This document shows positions 24,201 to 39,200 of a DNA stretch of 64,000 nt, piece after piece (positions within the stretch are counted from its first letter, which is position 1; each line of letters begins with the position of its first letter). The stretch lies in assembly GCA_963924565.1 (NCBI GenBank), contig OZ004615.1:8184001-8248000 (forward strand), written 5' to 3'. The notes below the pieces were generated by a model. That model was not told where the DNA came from and searched no databases. It saw nothing but the letters and a program-made list of their open reading frames with translations. Made by a program: the position numbers and the translations under genes. The DNA is from Ascidiella aspersa (taxonomy: Eukaryota).

Positions 24201-27200
24201 CTTAGCTATACACAACAACGTTATTTCAAACGCGTTACCGTAAAAATTTCCTCCGGAATGCCGCACTCTGGTTTAGAAGCGGCGCATTGCGTTTCGTTGC
24301 AAGAGCAGTTGTAGGACGGACAGCATTCATCTCCGGTAGCTGGGTATTCCTACAACACACCGAATAGTCAAGAAAAACTTTGTTTTGGTTCAAATTTGCG
24401 AGGTATGTTTGTTACCCTCCTAATCTTGGTTTAGATTTGGTTTCCTACTTTTTATAAGCGACAACGTCTTATTATTTGCGAAAAAGTGTGTTGTGCAGCC
24501 ATTTTTAATGTTTAAACAGGGTGTGGCCAAATAAAAAATACCTAAAAGACAAGAAATACTAGTTTAGTTAAAAATTGAAGTTAAAGTAATGTCATCTAAG
24601 TAAGGAAGAGGGATGAATGTCGTAAAAATAATTTTTGCGTTATCGCGGTCGAAAGACAATTGGTTTTCAAAAGACTGGATGAAGTTCTTTTACAAGATTG
24701 TGTGCAACAACTTATCAAAATAGTTAAAATCACATTTGTTTCGCCAAAAGGTTCATTTAGAACAGGGGTTCTAAAACTGGGGTCCATAGACCCCTTGGGG
24801 AACGTGAGCTCGTTTTAAGGGTCCATGAATGCCCAATTAAAAGACTAGTGTATATTTAGAAGTAATCAAACTTTCAAAGAAAAAGTTTAATAAAACTAAA
24901 ACATTCTTGCACTGAATGTATTCAGACTTCATTTCACTTTCACATTTTTTGGACCGAAACTGCAGATTTTCTAAGTTTATTTGTATTGTGACGCGAATTT
25001 ATGACGTCATCTCAAAAAAATTCTTCACTAACGTGGTCTATGGATAGCGAAAAAATTCTTTAGGGATCCGCGGTAAAAAAAAGTATAAGAACCCCTGATT
25101 TAGAAGGTTTATTGTTTGGGGTGGATTTTTTCTGTAGTTACCTTCACTTCTTCGTAGTCTTGGCAAGTGGGCTTGGCCACGTTGGTGCAGTCGACAGGCT
25201 CGCACTCCACTCGAGAGCAGCAGGTTTCGTGTTCGCACCGGTAAGCGTCGCTTTTGTCTGGTTCGGCTGGAACTGTGACTGTTTTTTGACATGGGTCGCA
25301 AGGGAGGGGCTCCGGGCAAATTTTCGGGTCGCAAGCTGCAAATAAAAAAGATTGCGAACGGTCATTATGGCTGAAGACAGAAGCATACAACGGTCCGCTC
25401 GCCCAGCCTTCGTGAAGTAATCCATTCAGCCATTAGACCATGGGTTGTTGACTCTAATGTAGTCTAATACACCTTTGGGATGTTACCTCTCATGCCTATT
25501 TATAGCCTATTGATATGCCTATAAATAAGTTACTGCAAAAGAGAGTTACACCTCTTTAAACTATTAAGCTTATAAGACACTATATTTGTACCAAACACAT
25601 GTGGATGTGGTTGTAAAGGGAAATTGACAATTCATAAAAATGAATATTAATATTTTTTTAATATTTTTTTCTAAAAGTGTGATTGCTGGATTGCTGAAGC
25701 TATTATAAGGCGTGTGTGAAAATTTCAGATCTCTAACGTGAATATTAGATGGTATTTGGGGCATTTGAAATCGAAAGGCCATATGTCGAATTTGAGCAGT
25801 TATGAAATTTTTGATCGCATATTAAAGCAAGGCCCGATTGATATTGACTACAAGCGATGGCTCATTTTGAAGAGTATGTCTTGTAGTTTATTTCGTGAAA
25901 AAATTAGCGAGAAAGTTTGAAAATTAGGTGTTAATATAGCTGAATATTAATATTCATAAAAATGAATATTAATATTTTTTCGTTAAAAGTGTGATTGCTG
26001 GAAAGATGTAAGCAATATAAGGATTGTGTAGAAATTTCAACTTTGTATCGTCACAACTTTTGGAGATATTGCCCAAAACCAATCCAGCGCGCCAATTTCG
26101 CCCAGGTCTTAATTTGCGGCCTGAGGTCAAATGTTGGACCCACCTCCATGGTTCAGACCAAATTTAAAAAGTTTTAAACAGGGTGGTCTAAGCGTATACT
26201 CTTTTTAGTTCAATATTAGTCTACTTAAGCCCATTCATGCTAATCATCAGAATGTTTAGGTCAAACCCTCGGGCTTTATTTTATTTAATAGCCTGGTAAA
26301 AAACAGATGCCGTTTTGATTTGCTTGCGTTACCTGTGCTTTTTTGGTATCCAGATACAATTTTAAATTAAAGGTAACCCAGTTTACAGCCTATATAGGGC
26401 AAGGTAATGGAAAACCAACCGCATGTGCTTTCAATGGGGCATCCGCAGGCATGTGTGTTTTTTATATTGCAGCCGGGCGCTGGGCAAGAGGTGCTGTTAA
26501 CGCAATGCTGGTTGGTCATGTTCTTCTCTCCAGGACACACGCATTCGCCCCTCTGGCACTTCAGAGAACCGTTCACCAGATCAGTTACTTTTAGAACTTC
26601 GGGGGCTGTGCAGTTGATGGTGGCCACCCTCTCTGGGGTGAAGTCCTGCTCGCACACTGTGGAGCAAGAACAAACCATTAATTTCTTGCACTGCAGAAGA
26701 TAGGCCTCCGAACAGAAAGGTTAAAAATTGTGAAACGAAAGGGTCGGTTTTGATATATGCAACAGAGTATACTGTTAGGCATTGAGAAATATTTCGGCTG
26801 CAGGCTTAAACTGTTGTTTTCTTTTACTTTTATAGAAACTGATGACGGCACTTTGGCCAAAAAAATATTTTCTTTAACATATGTTTGATACACAACTTCT
26901 GTTATGTTTTAAAGATTTTAATGTATCTATTGACAGATGGTCGTTATTGTTTAATAACATAGCAAAACTAAATTCTGCAAAACTGTTTTAGGTTTTATTG
27001 TGACGGATTTGCAATCAGCAATTGAAAGCTTAAACAAACCAGTTTCTGAAAACAGAAAATTACCAGTATGTCTCGTAGGTCATTGACCTAGCACATGGGT
27101 TTTTGGAAGCAAAATCTTTTACCACAAGTAAAGGGCATTGCCATTAGGTAAATATGCCCATAACGACTGGTATAGCTTTTGATTGGAACTTATAATAGCC

Positions 27201-30200
27201 AAACAGAGCGTCTAACGCCGGGGTAGGTAAGTATTTTTAACCGCGGGCAGGATGAGAAACTTAAATGTTGTTGTGGGCCGGGTTCATAGTAGGATCTCAA
27301 ATACAGGCACCATGACGTCATACTCTGACGGTATAAAAAAAACCAACGAACTTGTTATTACGTTTTGAGTTGTGCGCAAATATGCAATTTAAGTCTAATT
27401 TAAAGAAGGCTACAAGACGTCGTGCGAAGCGCGAAAAAATTGCGACTATATTTGTTTTGAAATGCAAAGTTTAATTTAGATTTAGAGGAGGGTGTGACGC
27501 ATTGAGCACACATAAAATAAATGTACATTGCTTGATATATTGGCGTTCATCAAGTTCTGCTGACCCAAAAGTTAAGATTAAAAACTTAAGATTAAAATAC
27601 GTAAAAAATTTCGCACAAAAAACTTTTTTTTGCTTTTTGTGGCTTTTAGTTACAGATGTGTTATCTGCGGTACGACGGTCATATTGCAACGACGATATAA
27701 ATCGGGAGAAACACATACTATGGAATTAACTAAATTAGGTTGACAAAATGTGAATCGGTATATTAGAAAACGGTCGGTATTTCGTTCATATTTTAAAAAC
27801 GGAATACTTTCGACCGAACAATTTCCGTTTTTGTTTATAAAACAGGCTAAAAATCCAATTTAGCGGGATCATGACTAGATCCGTCCATGAAAAAATATAA
27901 TCAAACATGTAGGAACTCGCTCTTGTTTTTGCTTAGCTTATGTGTTTTAAGAAAAATAAGCCGCGGGCTGGTTGCCAGACCAGATCTGGCCCGCGGGCCT
28001 CATGTTGCCCAGGTCTGGTCTAACATCAACAACTATAGCACTCTTTGTTAAGTATAAATCTAGAGACCACCGTCATCAACTTGGTTCAAATTGTGATGTA
28101 GAAACTCAGGAATCTAATGTAGCGTTGCGTCACAAAAAAATCACCAGCCTTCGAAAAAAATGATATGCTCCGGAACGTTCATAAATAACATAGCAGTTGC
28201 CAACGCATTTTGTAAAGAAGCGAAAACCGTACCGCACGTCTTTGTCGGGCAGCATTCGCCTGTATCCGTTGTTTCCAACGAGGCATATGTGGGACAGCTC
28301 TTTTCGGGGCATGTGATGGGTAAGGCGTTGACCTTGTAGCAGCCGGCGCCGTCGCTGACACAGGTGTAGTCAGTGCAATTCTCCCTCCATGATGATTCGG
28401 GATCCTGCGGCGCAGATTCGGCACGAAAACGTACTTTAATAATCCGTAATGATTTGGCGCATAATTATTTTGAAGGTTAAACATTTACAGATTTTACACA
28501 CTATAAATCTGACGACTAAGCGTTGTTTAAGTGAAAGCTTTTTGACATTACGTTTTGAATTATATGTTTTTACGTTAAAATTTGTCAAAAATTGCTAAAG
28601 AGAAAATCTCGTTTCTTTTAAAGAGAAATCTCGTTTCTTTTGGGTAAGAAAATAATCGTCCTAGTTATAACCTATAGTACCAGTAGTAGACTACAATACA
28701 ACTTTCGTTCTTAAAATGTTTGTTTGCTTAAATTCCTTCTGCAGTAAACTAACCCGTAGCTCCCCTCCCGTGTAGCAACCGATGCATTCGCACGAGTACT
28801 CTTTGCAGCAGGCAGTCTCGTTCACAAGCGTCTTGTTTTGGTGGGGCTGACAAGTAGGTTCCTCCTTGCAAGTAACTGTGCAGTTCGGCAGCACGCAGTC
28901 GCAGCATTCCAAGCTTACTTCGTAGTCGTCACAGGTGTTGTTTGGCTGCAAATCCGGCGTTGAATCAAAATTTAAAGTCACTTTGTAATGACAAACCTAT
29001 ATTAAATGACTTTTGAAGTACTGGGTCGGTGGCTTTGTTTTGTCTTGCACTAATAGAATTTGAAATATTTGTAACCTCGCGAGTTTCAACAAAACAAAAT
29101 TAGGCAGTTTTACTTTCATAACAAAAACATAACTTACCAGTTCCCGTAACCGAACAAATGTCACTAGAACAATTAAAGGCATCAATAATCAGTATCTATT
29201 TAAAAAAAGATTTAACTAGAAACTATACCCATTTAACCAAACCAGACGTTGTATCTCGTAGCCATATACTGTATTAAAAGCCTCAAAAGTTAATTAGAAA
29301 TCTTACCAACTAAAGTTTTTTTTAGACATGTTTTTCTCTTTGCTGTTCATTCGATTATAATATGGTTGGTTTTGGATTTTAGGATAAAATATAGGAATAA
29401 CCAGATTCCTGCAGCTCCATTTCAAGTTTGTTTATTCTTAATTTATAAGCGATTAATATCAAGTAAACAAAACCTAGAATCCGCATTGATAGAAAAAAGC
29501 TAAAAAGAATAAATTACTTTCACTCCTTTCCTTCCCAGTTTTCGAAAGTAATCAAAGGCGTTACAGTTACGTCATAAACCAAACAACGTAAGTTTTTGTT
29601 TGTTTATTCCAAGCAAATTTAAAATTCTATCGCATTGTCTTGAAATTGCTGGACTTACGTAATTTTCCAGATTTATTTGGTGCTTAGCTTAGCTGGGCGT
29701 TAAGTTGTGATACTCTTTTAGTTTCAGAATTTCTTACTTGTTACAATTCGTAGCAATAAGGAACATAAATATTCGTAACAAACTGCGACCTTGCGCAGCA
29801 AACAGACTGCATCCGTCACTCGTAGAATTAAACTAATTTTACTTAGAATAAAATAACTATATAGGCCTAGGGGGTTAAGCAGTATTTCCTGTAAACCATT
29901 TTCACTTTCATACCGAGTCATTGTACTTTAACTGGATTTTATGTTGGTGTATATTTGAATTTTAATCATAGCTAAAACGCAAATGCGTAAATGTCTATAG
30001 TGCTCCGGTTTCCAAACTTAAAAAGAAATTACGTGAGGTGCCCCCGTTTATGTCGCTTTGCTATAAAAATAACCTGTAAGGAAAAATCGACACTACGTAA
30101 AGACCGACGTAAAACCGTAAACAACAAACATATTTATTATCTAATAAATGGAGAAGCTGGATGAGATCTTCTTTTTATTTGTCGAATTTGGGTTGGGTTG

Positions 30201-33200
30201 GGACAAAAATTTTTCCAACACAAACCCCAAAACAGCTTCACGGACTCAAATGGAGTCCAGTTTGGCCATAACTTGTCTATTGGTTCTGTGTACTTGCCCA
30301 GTTTGGAAATCTAAAGGGTGCGTTGGGCTTAAGAATAAGAAAACCATAAGTAATTATAAAGCACACATCTTTAGCCTAATAGGTTCGGAACAGTTTATAT
30401 TTTAAAATTGTACCAAACCCTGTTTTAAAACAATTTCGGTCATGCTGAAGCTAAAGCAGTAAGTTTGAACGCCTCGAACCGAAACCTGATTCTTAGAAGT
30501 ATGTTAACACGAACCGAACCTAAACCGGAAAAGGTAAACGTTTATATTCCATTTTTAAGGTGCGCATTCTACGTAATGGTCATGAGCTCATGAGGTATAC
30601 TTTACCAACGGTATTCCTATTTGCATTTCTAATCTGTGCGACACGAGCAATTTTGTATACGTCGAATGACTTGAAGCGGCGATGGCGGTAATCAGCGCGC
30701 TGTACTGTCGAGTTCAGCAATCAGTTTTTAACTTACCGTATTGGTACAGCTGAGTCCTGTTATCACGTCGCATGTGACTCCGGCTGGTAGCGGGGCCAGC
30801 GGGTTGTTCAGGCTTCGACACTTTATTCCGGTGTAATAACCACAAGCTCCGATCGCCTTTGCCACGTTCTCGGACGATTCGAAGTCGCCACCCTTTTCTT
30901 CGGACGAGTAGTGGGTGTTGACCCACTTGTTGTACTTGCACACCATCTCGTATTCTTCCCCACATTCGGCTGTCGACACAAATCGGTTGGCAAATAAGGT
31001 TACTTGCTGATAACGCTGTCCGTTATACAGTTAAAGCTTGTTGCAACACAATTAAATCGGGTTGAAATTGAGAATTGATAAGGCTTAGTAAAAAAAAGTC
31101 ACTGCCTATTAACCCGAAATTAAACCATCTATTGTTACACATAACGGTCTAAAAATAGTTATGTTTGACGGAATTCAACTTACGCGGTTCCAGTGTTGGT
31201 TTAAGGCAGTCGCACTTTTCTTTGGGGACACAGGTCCCGCTTTTGCTGTTATACTGGGTTCCTTCGGGACAACTGTAAAAAACACGCCATTTTTATTCGC
31301 AGAAGCTTTAACGACAGACCTAAAGACACAATGCTTGTCCACTTAGGTGTGTTATGTAGACCAACAACTAAGGGGAAGCAGTTACGAACTTTAGATGGTT
31401 TTATAATGAAACTGTAGACCAACATATGCCAACTTGTGGCAGCTTTCACGAATATGTATTAAGCTGAATTACTTCGGGGCACGAACCGTTATCTTACAAC
31501 TTTCCCTCTAATTGTTTGTCAATCGTCCTGTAAAAGTAGTGGGACAAAATATCGAATGATACGTAATAATAACAAATGGCACCGAATGGCACCAAGTGGC
31601 ACCAAATGGAACCCTGTGATACAAACAAATCGTGTGCCATTTTGTGTTCATTGCATCCTCCGTTACGTCTCCTACAATACATTTTGAAATGCTCTTATAA
31701 GACATGATATGTTTCAGTGTATAATAGAAGTGGATTCAGGAGTAAAACAGCGATTTAGTTTGGTGCTATTTGTTAGTATTCGATCCAATGTGGTTGCATT
31801 CGTGCAATTGAGTTTCGTTCTGTATTTAGTCCCACCGCTATAAAAGTCGGGACAGGTACTTCGACGTGCCATGGAGTGCCAAAAAGCAAAAAAACTGTTA
31901 AAAAATCCAGGCGCACTCACTCAGGGTAGCAACCTTCGTAACACCCGCCGAGACAAACTGGAGAAACGTCGCAGCAGAATGTGGTGCAAGGAACGCATGG
32001 CTTGTACTTCCACACGCATTGGTCGTCGTTGACGTTGTTGGCTTGGCACATGCGCGCTGTTGAAACAAAGGGCAAAGTTATCAACAAACAATGCTTTGCT
32101 CGATTTCTAGCAAACTGGTAAAAAACAGGTCGGCGTGTCTGGTTGGGTTGCAGAGATTCTTTGAATGGGTCTAGTTCTAAAATAATCTAAATAATGTTCA
32201 GAATCTGTAGTATGTGGTAGACATGTCCAATACTTTTTTTAATTCCCTTACTACTACCAGATGTTTTGATATTACCGAATACTCCTTGCGATGCGTTATA
32301 TGCAAAACAAGTCAGGCTCCTTGATATTAGAACTCCATATATAAATAATCCTAATAACTACACAAGTAAGTTTCCCGACAGGCTGTATTGTTGTTTGAAA
32401 ATAAAATGTCGTATCATGGCTGTTATTATTGGGTTAAAATTTGTTTTTTAAGGTTACCAGTTTGGAAGAGATTTAATTTTTTCAGTGCCCAACTATGAAT
32501 GCAAATGTTTCGCAGAAATTTCCAGAGGTAAACTGCCCCTTCGACGGATAGCAACATAGCACATCGTCTTACGGCAAAGGTCGGCGCTCCGCCATTTTAC
32601 GGCGATCGACATTTCTCCGCATAACTTGGCGTAGTCGGCCACGCTGTCGCAAAAGCACGAGCAGTCGCCACCGGTGTCGCAAGTGCAAGTTTCCCTGATG
32701 CACTTTTCGTAGAAATAGGTCACGTCCACCTAAAACAAAACGAAGCCGGATAATCTCTATTTTTTAGTTCCATTTTCCATTCGAAATTTCGATCGCATTA
32801 CACTGAACGCACGCTTGCAAAAATAACCATATAGTTTTTTTTGTCGGAGGGATGCTAAATTCGAACAAGACGATCTGTAACTTTCGTCATTATTCACTTG
32901 GAAAATATACGTAAATTGGGCGGATTAATTTTTAAATAAAATATTTTAGTACAGATTGTTGGTGATAAAATGCATACAGCAAAACTCTATAAAATTTGTA
33001 GCAATAGTGTTGGACTTTTTTCCCAGAATTAAGCAGTAGGAAATACTTCTTGTCTATTGGACACATAGTTTTAAAATTAATGCAGATTGGCTGTGATTTT
33101 GTATCATCGGGTCAACCTAATCATGTGCATAAAGAAACAAATGAGAACACATAAAACGCACAGGTAGTGAAATTTGTGTAGTATTTTTTGATCTAAATCC

Positions 33201-36200
33201 GTACATTTTCATTGCATTCTTTAAACTGGGAGCTTCGCAGAACAGCGCATTGGCTTTCGGCCCATTTGCGTTTCTTAGGGTCGCACGTAGGAGTGACCGA
33301 CTCGACCACGTCCGGACAGCTGTCCACTTTCCAGCTATTGCCAAAGTCCACCGCCGAAGTCACTAGGTTGTTGGTAGCTGTGGTAAAGTCGTCCGCAGCG
33401 TCGCCGTTTTGCAGCCCGCACAAACCGCACGTCGATTTCTGTGACGAAACAGAGTCTAGCAATTCGGAGAAACACTTTGAATTTACAAGTTTAACTTTAC
33501 TTATGTATTTTTTTTTGTAAAGGCTAAACGGTAAAAAAATAATACTTTTATCAATCAGACCCATTTATCAATCATTTCTAGAAAAGGAGTGGACGGCTAT
33601 ATGTAATATATTCATAGATGTATGTGTGTACGTTAGATATATATAAAATATATATTTAATATCAAATTCAACGTTAGTTTATATCATAAGGGCTGCATCA
33701 TTAAACCTTTTCTTCTAAAATTGTGTAAAAATATTACCGAGCCCAAAGACAAGCGTTACTCTTAAAACGTTAAACTATGGAAAGCTTTGCCAATACAGAA
33801 ATAAGTTATAGGAGAATTGCAAACCTCGACGGTCTTTTTTATTTCTATGTAAACGGAGGCTTTTCTGTCCCACGTAATCTTTATGCCATTTTTTAAGTCA
33901 ACAACGCGGTAATCGCCGATGTCCACCGTTGTTATGGCTCCCGTGAATAGAATGTTTTTCGTTTCAAGTGTCCTCGAATGGATCACAGTGGGCTGGGGTT
34001 TCTCTGTTTGGTTCGAGGTCAGCGTCAACTCTTGGACCTGTGCAATAAAGACGAATGCTCGGCAACCTTTTTTTGACTTGCGGCCGCAATCAAGGTATAA
34101 ACGAGAACAGCGAAACATATGGAAACTCTTGCTACCAGGAATAATATTAATGCCAAACAGCTCCTCTAGTAATTCCATTTCTTTTCCAATGTTTTGGCGA
34201 TCTATTTAAGTCTTCGCCCTCTTCAGGGAGAATGACGTCGCGTTTATGCGATTCACATGTTACTGTAGGTGTGTAACACGCACGATAAAATGTTACTGAG
34301 CCAAGGTTCACACAAGATTTGGGAAGAAAATGTTTCTATAACTATATACCCACGCGTAGTATGTGTTTTTTCGCGGTTAAAAACAAAAAAAGGCTACAGT
34401 AGGTATACTTGGTATCTGACTGTTTGATCTTTACTGTCATGATTACAATCGGAAGGTATGGATTACAATCGGAGGTAAACCCAACCACTTTTATAACACC
34501 ACTATATGGCTTATTTCTGTTTTTATAGAAAATAAAAAATCCTTTACATTTTGCTTGATATTTTGGAATATTCTATCGAATAAATTACACTTGAAGGCAT
34601 CGCCACATTTTCGTGCTCTTGTCAGCTTGTAAAAAAAACGGATATTTGCAGAGTTTTTTTGTACGAAATCACTATTTTATGTGCATCTCAATTCCCACTT
34701 TTTACCCAAGCTTTGAAAACATTTACTGTTTCTAGGGTGTGGTTAGATAAGAAATCTGCTATTGGAAAACGGTTAAACACACAATAGAATGGATTGTATA
34801 TTTGAAACGATTTAAAGATTTGCTGCTTTAGACGTTATGTTGCGCGACAGTAATACCTTTATAAAATGTTTCGGCGATTTTTCTAAACAAATACATTTAT
34901 GGAAAGAAATACTGATGCATTGGATTTATTCAAATCGCTGATTGCCATGTATACCATGCGCATCAAATCGACACAGGCACAATATAGTCTTACAATCGGA
35001 CTCAATACCTAATCACCTAGCACCCAGGTGTCGACTTAGTTCTAAATTTTAGGAGGGACCCAGGCGCTTTACTTACACCGGCAATGATATGGATGGTCGA
35101 CTGGCACATAGCCTGGTTCGAGCCTTGGCAGTCCTTGCTCTGCATAGTGATGCGGTACAGGAAGTTCTCGCCGGTTTTACACGAGTCTGAGGCCAGTAGG
35201 TACTTGCAGGTGCCGCGGAAGTCGTAGCGCTTCATATCAAACGTGGTGATGTAGGCGCCGGCCGCTACACGGCACTGACGGTAGCAGCTCTGGTTCGACA
35301 CCTTCCACACGCTCCTCGGCATGCAAGTCCTGCGGAAATGCGCATAGAAATAAACGACAACGCCTCGCGGTGCACAAATTGCCACCATATCCGAGGAACC
35401 GGCACTTTCGGGCCGAATAACGAGTGTGGTCAAGTTTGCCGTATGGGATTTTGACGACGGTCAAATGAAAATTGTTAGTTTTGGTTAACTAAATTCTATA
35501 TTAAAATAAGTCTAGTGTCTATTTGTAGCTTGGTTTAGGTGCTTTTAAATGTTTCGGGATTTAGCTCCAATATGGAATATGGATGTACGGAATATACGCG
35601 AACTACAATTATTTTACTAATTTGTTTTCATGCTGATTGAAAAAGGATATTTAGTCAAGAAAACTATACCAATTGTTAGGATGTGTAGATGTCTGCCTAA
35701 TTGTTTGACATTTACATTATCCTAATTCATGCCCAATTACTTTTATTTCATGTTTCCGTACGTTTATAAGAATCAAAAGCATAAATGGATCTGAGAATCC
35801 GCTGTCAAGCTGCATTTAATAGTCGGCGCGTTCAACCGTCTATAACTTGAAAATTGTTGCACAAATTTAAAAAACGAACATTCACACAGCGTGGTCATAC
35901 TACTGCCACGAGGACTTATTAAGTGTCACTTACATTGTCTTGCATCCTTCGGTCACGGCTTCTCCAACTTGATACTCCTGGTTGTTGTGAAAGCACGGGC
36001 ATTCTGATGCATTGATGCAATTGTCGCCATTTCGTACCAGCCCGCCTTCGCAGACGCAACCTGAAAAAAAAAATATATAACTTTGCCAAGTCATCAAAAG
36101 TTGAATTTAATTCTGCAGTTTTGATGCTTCGTACTATAAATCCTTTAAACCTTTCGATATGAACCTGAAAAAACCAAGCTTTAGTAGGTCTCAAGTATTC

Positions 36201-39200
36201 TAGTGTGACAAAAGTTAGAAAGCCGGTAAAAATTGTAACATATCAAGAAAGCCGAAAACGAAAGTCAAAAAAAAATAACCCAAATCAAATACAGATAGCT
36301 TTTGTCAATATAACAAATCCAATAAAATAGAATTCTGTTTATAACAAAAGTTTGTAAATGCAACTTCAAACTTGTGAAGTTACGATAAATTACAGCGCTG
36401 AATTGTTAAAGTTTGTTATAGACTAGCGAAAATGACCGCATGGCGATGTAGTGTTGCAAAACCGATCAAGCAACTTACAAGATTTGACATGTTGTTTTGA
36501 GGAGAAATAGCACAAACTGGCGTTTTTTTGCATTCAATTGGACTTTGTCACGTTCAAATGTGAAGTATACGAATATGAGCACGTGTTATTAAACCGCAAA
36601 AACACCGTAATCCAGATTTACGTAAAATTCTATTCACTACATTTCATCACCCAGACACAATATTGACGTGATTGACCAGAACCGATTATTTTGACTTGGT
36701 CTGTTACGGATAATCCACGTATTTACGACATTCAATAACGGACCCGCAGATGTAAATTAGGAATTTTGGTGACGGGTCGTGTGTTTAGTACAACTGTGTT
36801 TAAGGTGACAAATCGTTTACTGGCATAAGTTGTTATTATCACGTTTTTCAAGCCCACGTAGTTGAATGACAAATCGTGGATTTTGAAGAAAAAATGATCG
36901 TTCACACTTTAATAAAGCGTAATAACGTGAATACACATAAACCCCTGCTATTTTGTTATTAAATGTATGACAGCTTTCAAGCTTCACAACACAGAGGCCT
37001 GAGAAGGCTGAACAATAGGGGCCTTTCATATATATACTACGAAACTATTTGGTTGAAAGAGGCTGCGCCACGAAAAAAAAACAAATTACACGAGAAGCTT
37101 TTTCTCAATTACCAATAGGATGTCCTTTAATATGATTAAGGTTTACACTTTGTCTATAATAATAATAATAATAATGATATGTCTATAATAATACCTTAAA
37201 AACGTTTACAGCGTAAATTTATTAAAATACTTCATCATTTATAGTTTTAATTTACAAAAAGTAAAACAGCAGATTGAAATTTAATTTCAACATAAAATCA
37301 AACGTCGCAAACAGTTAAATCTTTAAGCCAAACCAGGCGGATCTTATAGCAAAAAAAAAACATAGTTTGCGAAACTCTTTGTAATACAGAACTATTGCGA
37401 TTAGAATCCCGGAAAGAATAGAGTGTTATGAGATTTTTTTTACTTCTAGGCGTACAAAAGACGTTTGTTTGTTGGGGACGTGCCGAACCCACAATATGGT
37501 GCTTTGTACTGCGAACAATTCGGGATCATGTTTCGGTGGAAAAATGTAGATACCCTTCAAAGACAAAGCACAATGACCCGACAAATATGCGATCCATCTT
37601 TAGCGACAGAAAATGGGAAAAACCCGACCGTAATAAAAGTCGATCTTGGTGTGTGTGATAAGCTGGGTACTGTGGATATCATCAACTGACGAAGCGTCTC
37701 TACTTATGCCTTTTTAAAATCCACAAAACGCATTACCACCAAATCGTTCCCAGACAAGTCACGAGAGTTTAGCTCAGTGGTCGGCAAACTTTTTTTTGTC
37801 GCGCCCAAAGTACTCTTTTTCAGAGTTATTGAAGGCCCACTACAAACCAAAACGGAAACAGTGGCGGATTCAGGCCATTTGATTTTAAAGTGAAGTATTA
37901 GACGGCGCCTTGTTGCCCAAAACATTGCCATGCCATAATGTAAAACATACTATAAAATGAAATTTTTTTCGTTTACATAAAGTTAAAGTTGTCAAAAATA
38001 GTTCGACAGGCACTCTCAGGGTTACATTTGGCTTGTGGGCCTTTCCAAGCTAAGCCAATTTAATAATTCTATGCCACACCAACTGTTAAAATAAAGTACA
38101 ATAATTGTACGGCTATTACGCGGCCCACAAATACATGATAACACTAATCTATTCAAAAGTAACTCGCGGCCCACTAAAAATGGCTCTGCGGCCCACAGTT
38201 TGCCGACCACTGGTTTAGCTGAAGGGGGCGCTACTCTTTGGAAAGAGGTGAAGAAAGCATTTAAACGAAGGCTTTGTGTCTAAGCAAGGTTCGAGAGACG
38301 GAGGCTAAACCTTACCTGGAATACACTGAGTGATGGGACAGGTCCTATCCAGAAAGCCGCAAACTGGAGCGCATTCGACTCCCTTTTCCATCGGATTGGA
38401 GCAGTCACGTCTAGTCATGCCTGAGGTGCAGTTGATCGCTTCGGCAGTCAGCTCTGAAATGTTGGCAAATTGAAAATTTCGGACTAGATTACATCGTCGC
38501 TTAGAAAATCATACATGGTGTGGGTTTTCACTCTGACTTTCATTTTTTGTGACCAATCACATAAGCAAAAAGGAAATGCATTAATTCTAAAAATGTAAAA
38601 TATCCTTGTGGCGAAAGACATTAACCTTTAGCAAGGGTAAATAAGTCAACAAGCCTAAAGTTAAAGTTAACACAAATGGTATATTTATTATTGAAATTTT
38701 ATGGGAAACAAAACGGCACGGACTCTTCGTAACCGAAGCATTCCATCACCCCAAAGGTCGAACTAGGAGACGGTGCGTTAAGCCCGTGTTGGCGCTCCTT
38801 GAAAATGAGCGTGCGTATATAGACTTATTGTTATCTTTCGTTACGCGTCCTTGATGGCATGCGATGCGAAAATCCTACGTTAGTTTCGCTTGGCAAAAGC
38901 GACTTAGACTCGTTGTATTTCTTTGGCTTAGGGTACTTTCCAATCCGAAGCTAATTTGGGAGACTGTGGGTAGAAAAACAAAAAATACAAAAACCTTTTA
39001 CGAAACCGAAACGTCCTAAACCTGAACGTGAAGCGCTGATTCTCGCGTTTTAAACTTGTAAGTTGGAATTGACCTTGTTTTGCATTGCTGTGTGACTGTG
39101 TTATTAGCAGCGTTTCGTTTCTCGCATTTCACAGAGTGTTTTCAACGAACAGAGATGCCTCTACTTTTCAGCGGAACGCAACCTCTCAGTTTCGGTTTGG

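Noticed and set aside
27653-27718. Possible exon VCVSPDLYRRCNMT...
   Set aside because: It lies inside a MITE, and exon 28233 already joins 26656 in phase with a strong acceptor.
31573-31612. 10-bp tandem (aaatggcacc)x4 and other short duplications (28607-28641, 34440-34476)
   Set aside because: Ordinary minisatellite or slippage; not CRISPR-like (no spacers, eukaryotic context).
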